Of a stretch of 64,000 nucleotides of DNA, positions 60,452-64,000 are shown piece after piece. Position 1 is the stretch's first letter. Every line of letters starts with the position of its first letter. A program made the position numbers and the translations under genes. The stretch is taken from assembly GCA_037447605.1 (NCBI GenBank), contig CM074812.1, positions 2,170,001 to 2,234,000 on the forward strand. Reading direction: 5' to 3'. This DNA comes from Zygnema circumcarinatum SAG 698-1b. Its lineage: Eukaryota; Plantae; Zygnematophyceae. A model generated the notes under the pieces. That model saw nothing but the letters and a program-made list of their open reading frames with translations, had not been told where the DNA came from and searched no databases.

Positions 60452-63400
60452 ATGGCGGGCAGGTGAGGGTTGGGCCGCATGCATGCATGCATGCCATGCA
60501 GGCATCGGAGGGTTAACTGTGGGGGCCTTGGGGAGGCTATGGGGTCCATGGGGGATTTGAAGGCTATGGGGGGTATCCCATGCATGCGCCCATGGGGCCA
60601 TGCAGGCATCGGAGGGTGTACCATGAGGGCCATGGGCCCGTTTGGGGTCCATGGGGGATTTGAAGGCTATGGGGGGAATGGGGGGCATGTGGGGCATGTG
60701 AGACGTGGGGGGTATTGGGGGCTTGGGGGAAGTGGGGGGCATGGGGGTCATGGTGGGGCCATGGGGGGGCTATGGGGGGAGATTGTTAGCTTGGAACATT
60801 TTTAGAATGCCGCCGCTTTTCCTGGCTTATGTTATCTTTCTTTGAAGCTGATCCTTCTTTTACCCAAATCAAGTTGCTTCTCAATGGCCTCGATGTCAAT
60901 ATCACTTCACCCGTGGAAGCGTTGCTTAAACTTAGCGAGCTTAAAGCCCTTGCCCTCTTAGAAGAGGCAAAAAAAAAGAAATCATCAGAAGTTAGGGAAG
61001 GAGCTAGGACTTTTTACTTTTACGATTATCACTTAAAGTCACTTCTATTTGATCAATCGTAGACCCTGGTTGTGACAAGAAGCTTGGGCTATGGGGGCAA
61101 TGGTGGCCATGGGAGGCATAGGGGCCATGGAGGGCTATGGGGGGCACGGTGGGGCCATGGGGGGAATGGGGGACCATAGCGCGCGCGCGCTATGGTCCCC
61201 CATAGCGCGGACCATATGGTCCGGCCGCGCTTAAAACGGAGGGTCCGTGGGAAAGCGAGCGGGGTGTGCAGAGCGCTGCTGACGGCAGCCGTCGTGGCAT
61301 GCATGTGCATGGCGGGGAGCGCTGTCACGATGCGACGGGAGCAAGCGGGTGCGCATTTACCTGCAATGCCGTCGGCCTACTCTGCCGCGACCTCAGAATG
61401 TACTCACTAGCAGAGAGGGGGCCGAGGAGGTGCAGAAATTCTGCGGGGGGTGGGAGAGCAGCTGCAGCCTGTCGACGGCGCTCTCTTCGAGTCATGGACT
61501 GTCAACAACGACTGCAGCAACTGGGCGGGAGTGGAATGCGACAACGACGGAAATGTCATCACATTGTGACTCTCGCTTACCTCTAGGCCTCAGCTATGAA
61601 GAGTGTCACTGGAAATAAGCCCATTATCTTCCAGATATGTGATTCCTCACCACACTTAGGGTCTGTGGTATTACGTTGTGGCAGCACGTGTCATATCTAA
61701 GAAGGTTCGTCGATCGACCACATGTGGCAGCACGATTCTTTTTTATGTGTAGTGTGGCAATAGAAGTAGCGGGTGCATCACTACCCCTACATGCTTCTAC
61801 TTGCTGGAGAAGGCACAAAAATTCAGTCAAACGCTGCGAGGATCTCCATGAATGTGGAATTCTCGATGATTCTCACACCTATTTTATTGCTGCGCGAGTT
61901 CCAAAGAGCGCACACTACTCCCCTGCAGCTCCTGATAGGATATACACCCCCTCATAGGGAATGTCTCGGACGGTCACATCGATGGAAAGGGCGCCAGCTT
62001 TCACCTGTTCATTTTAGAAGTGATTTTTGCTTATCACTTTTATGCTTATCCTTGCGTAGGTCGAGCTATCACATTAGTCCATTTCACGAACTTGGAATCG
62101 CGATCCAACTGACTGAGACATACGGGTCCTTGTCACGCATTTGCCACCATTTGCACATAAGTGCATGGATGATGATTCAGATCATGCTTTCCTCCATTGT
62201 GTAATCGACTACTTTAGCCGCAACAAGCACCATGTTGCCATCGCCGTGGTCTTTGTCGCAAGTTTGCAATCTCTTTTAGTTGTTAACATTGCCTTAAGGA
62301 ATTGATTGAGTATCACTTATGATTGCTGCGTATTGCTTCTACTTTCAGGGCTCTCTCTATCCAAAATGTCACTCATCCAAACGGGACGGTGCTGTTTTCG
62401 AGCACATTTAATTACAACCAGACTGGTGTCTATGCAAATTTACTGAACGGAACAATTTCTCCAAACATCACCTTGCTCACAAGTCTGCAGATCTTGTAAG
62501 GGTGCCACTCCTTCGCAATTTCCCCCTTTCCTCTCCCAGCTGCCTTCTCCCCTCCATCTTCCTCTCCCTCTCCTTCGCCCGTGTCAAGATACTAGTATCA
62601 ATAGAAGAAGGGGAGAGGAGGGAGGGGGTAACGGTGAACGAAAGGGACAAGGGAGAATACAAAGAGGTTGAGAATTAAAAAAGAAATAAACAAAAACCTA
62701 AACCTAGACCAGCCTTAGGGTGGCCAAATGACCACGCCATACACATCCCACACCATGCCATGCCATGCTGAAATCCACTATACGCCAACATACAAACATT
62801 GTGAAGGAAAAAAAAGGGAAATATACATATCTGAATTGTGAATCATTAGCTGATTGTATATGTACTGTAAGGATCGTGCCTGGTTAGAGGCAGTCATTTT
62901 ATTTTTTCTACTATCAAAGCCCTGGAAATTTTGTATAATCTGTTCTGAAGGGATACGGACGAAAACGTAAACGTGAACCTTCATTGCGTGTCATTTTCGC
63001 TTCTATTGCAGATATTTCTATCAAAATTTTCTTTCAGGCACAATTCCAACGAATATTGGCAAATTATCTAACTTAAGAATTCTGTACGTGTACAGCTTCC
63101 CCTTCAGTTTTTTCCCTTTTTGCAGGAAAGATTGCCCTAAATCGCTCTGTAGGAGTTATAATTGCAAGCATTTCTCTTTCCTTCCAGTCATTGACAAGCC
63201 CCTTCGCATATCATATACCTCTCAGAAAATCTGCCTACAAAAGCTTACCCGTTGTGGTCAAACATAAATTCTGTAGAATGTGCTGTTAGGAATGTTGGTC
63301 TAGAAGTGAATCAAATATTGGGTTCATGTCGTAAATTCATGACATCATTCCAACCAGCATTATTTCTGGGCTTCAGAATGCTTGTAATGCAGGCCCTGAC

Positions 63401-64000
63401 AGATTACAAGTTTGTTCTTTTTCACTTTTTGCCGTTTCTTTATGCTGGACCAACTCTTCAGTGATCTGGGGAGTAACATACTGGAAGGCGGAATTCCGGA
63501 GAGCATTGGAAACTTGACTCTCCTAGAGAGTTTGTGAGTTTTGACCACACATGACGCTTCAGCCCCTTACATTTCTCGTTTCTTTTACTTTTTTTCTTTC
63601 TCATTTCTTTTTTCTTGAAGAATGTAAACTTCAAAAATTCCAAATCCTAAAAACCTGCACATTCTAGGGTCTGCAGAAAGTAGGAGCTCTGCTCTTCTGG
63701 CTCTCCAATGTTGCTTGAAATTATAGAAATGCTGCAGCAATATTGGCTTAGCATCGTGTGGCAAAGTGGTTCGGAATTTCGTGTGCAGGAATTTGGGTGG
63801 AATCTTTTTGGATACTTCCCAAGGAGATATCTTGGTCGCTTTGGGTGGCACAATACCATCAACAGTCGGCAATCTTGTCAACCTGCAGTCACTGTAAGCA
63901 CATTCTCCACATACTGCTGTGCATATAAGGGAGGAGATTTTGGAGCGGATTTTCAGGGTCTACAGCAGATTATGCAGCTTTTCGGCGAAGGTGTTCGAAT
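60452..64000 (+). CDS. LRR receptor-like kinase/protein, 5' part; exons 60452-60462, 61242-61348, 61436-61565, 62349-62495, 63012-63083, 63462-63533, 63789-63893, continuing beyond the window
   Basis: Signal peptide (MAGR|VRGKASGVCRALLTAAVVACMCMAGSA). LRRNT_2 cap FESWTVNNDCSNWAGVECDNDGNVITL. Phase-2 LRR exons LLNGTISPNITLLTSLQIL, YFYQNFLSGTIPTNIGKLSNLRIL (72 nt), DLGSNILEGGIPESIGNLTLLESL (72 nt), LGGTIPSTVGNLVNLQSL. The 11-nt first exon is tentative (alternative ATG at 61216). Confidence 0.88.
60829..60954 (+). pseudogene. mutS: Fragment resembling the C-terminal tail of bacterial (Bacteroidota-type) MutS
   Basis: MLSFFEADPSFTQIKLLLNGLDVNITSPVEALLKLSELKAL follows the MutS1 tail pattern QLSFF..DP...I...L..LD.N...PVEAL.KL.E.K as I recall it from Bacteroidota. 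It lies in an AT-rich island within GC-rich repeats. Confidence 0.65.

Noticed and set aside
61773-62204. 143-aa ORF inside the LRR gene
   Set aside because: No LRR or other motif. The flanking exons splice in frame without it.

Overview
Eukaryotic nuclear DNA, most plausibly from a streptophyte alga or early-diverging plant. This is inferred from a chloroplast-type RAP gene, a plant SUB1-like gene, an LRR gene with plant 72-nt exons and TTTAGGG-like repeats. The draft assembly has eight 10-N gaps. Six spliced genes lie on the + strand: RAP (656-4051), a secreted PAN/Apple-domain gene with an in-frame TAG (10306-10727+), SNU114/EFTUD2 (24373-31909), ATG2 (33472-48248), a SUB1-like O-fucosyltransferase-fold gene (49685-56360) and an LRR receptor-like gene (60452 to past the window end). 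Introns are full of GA/CT low-complexity DNA, so most long ORFs in the supplied track are artefacts. The 4.7-23.2 kb region is a transposon nest. It holds two copies of a hAT MITE with perfect 8-bp TSDs (one carrying two solo-LTR-like inserts), a Ty1/copia element nested in a related copia element, and a foldback/Mutator-like MITE. The most unexpected signals are a short Bacteroidota-like mutS C-terminal fragment in intron 1 of the LRR gene, a tRNA-Asp-like 5' half behind SNU114, a GC-AG intron in ATG2, a ~1.37 kb palindrome, and a recurring purine-5'/pyrimidine-3' intron polarity. I found no clearly novel multi-gene system. All homology calls come from recognising motifs by eye, not from database searches.
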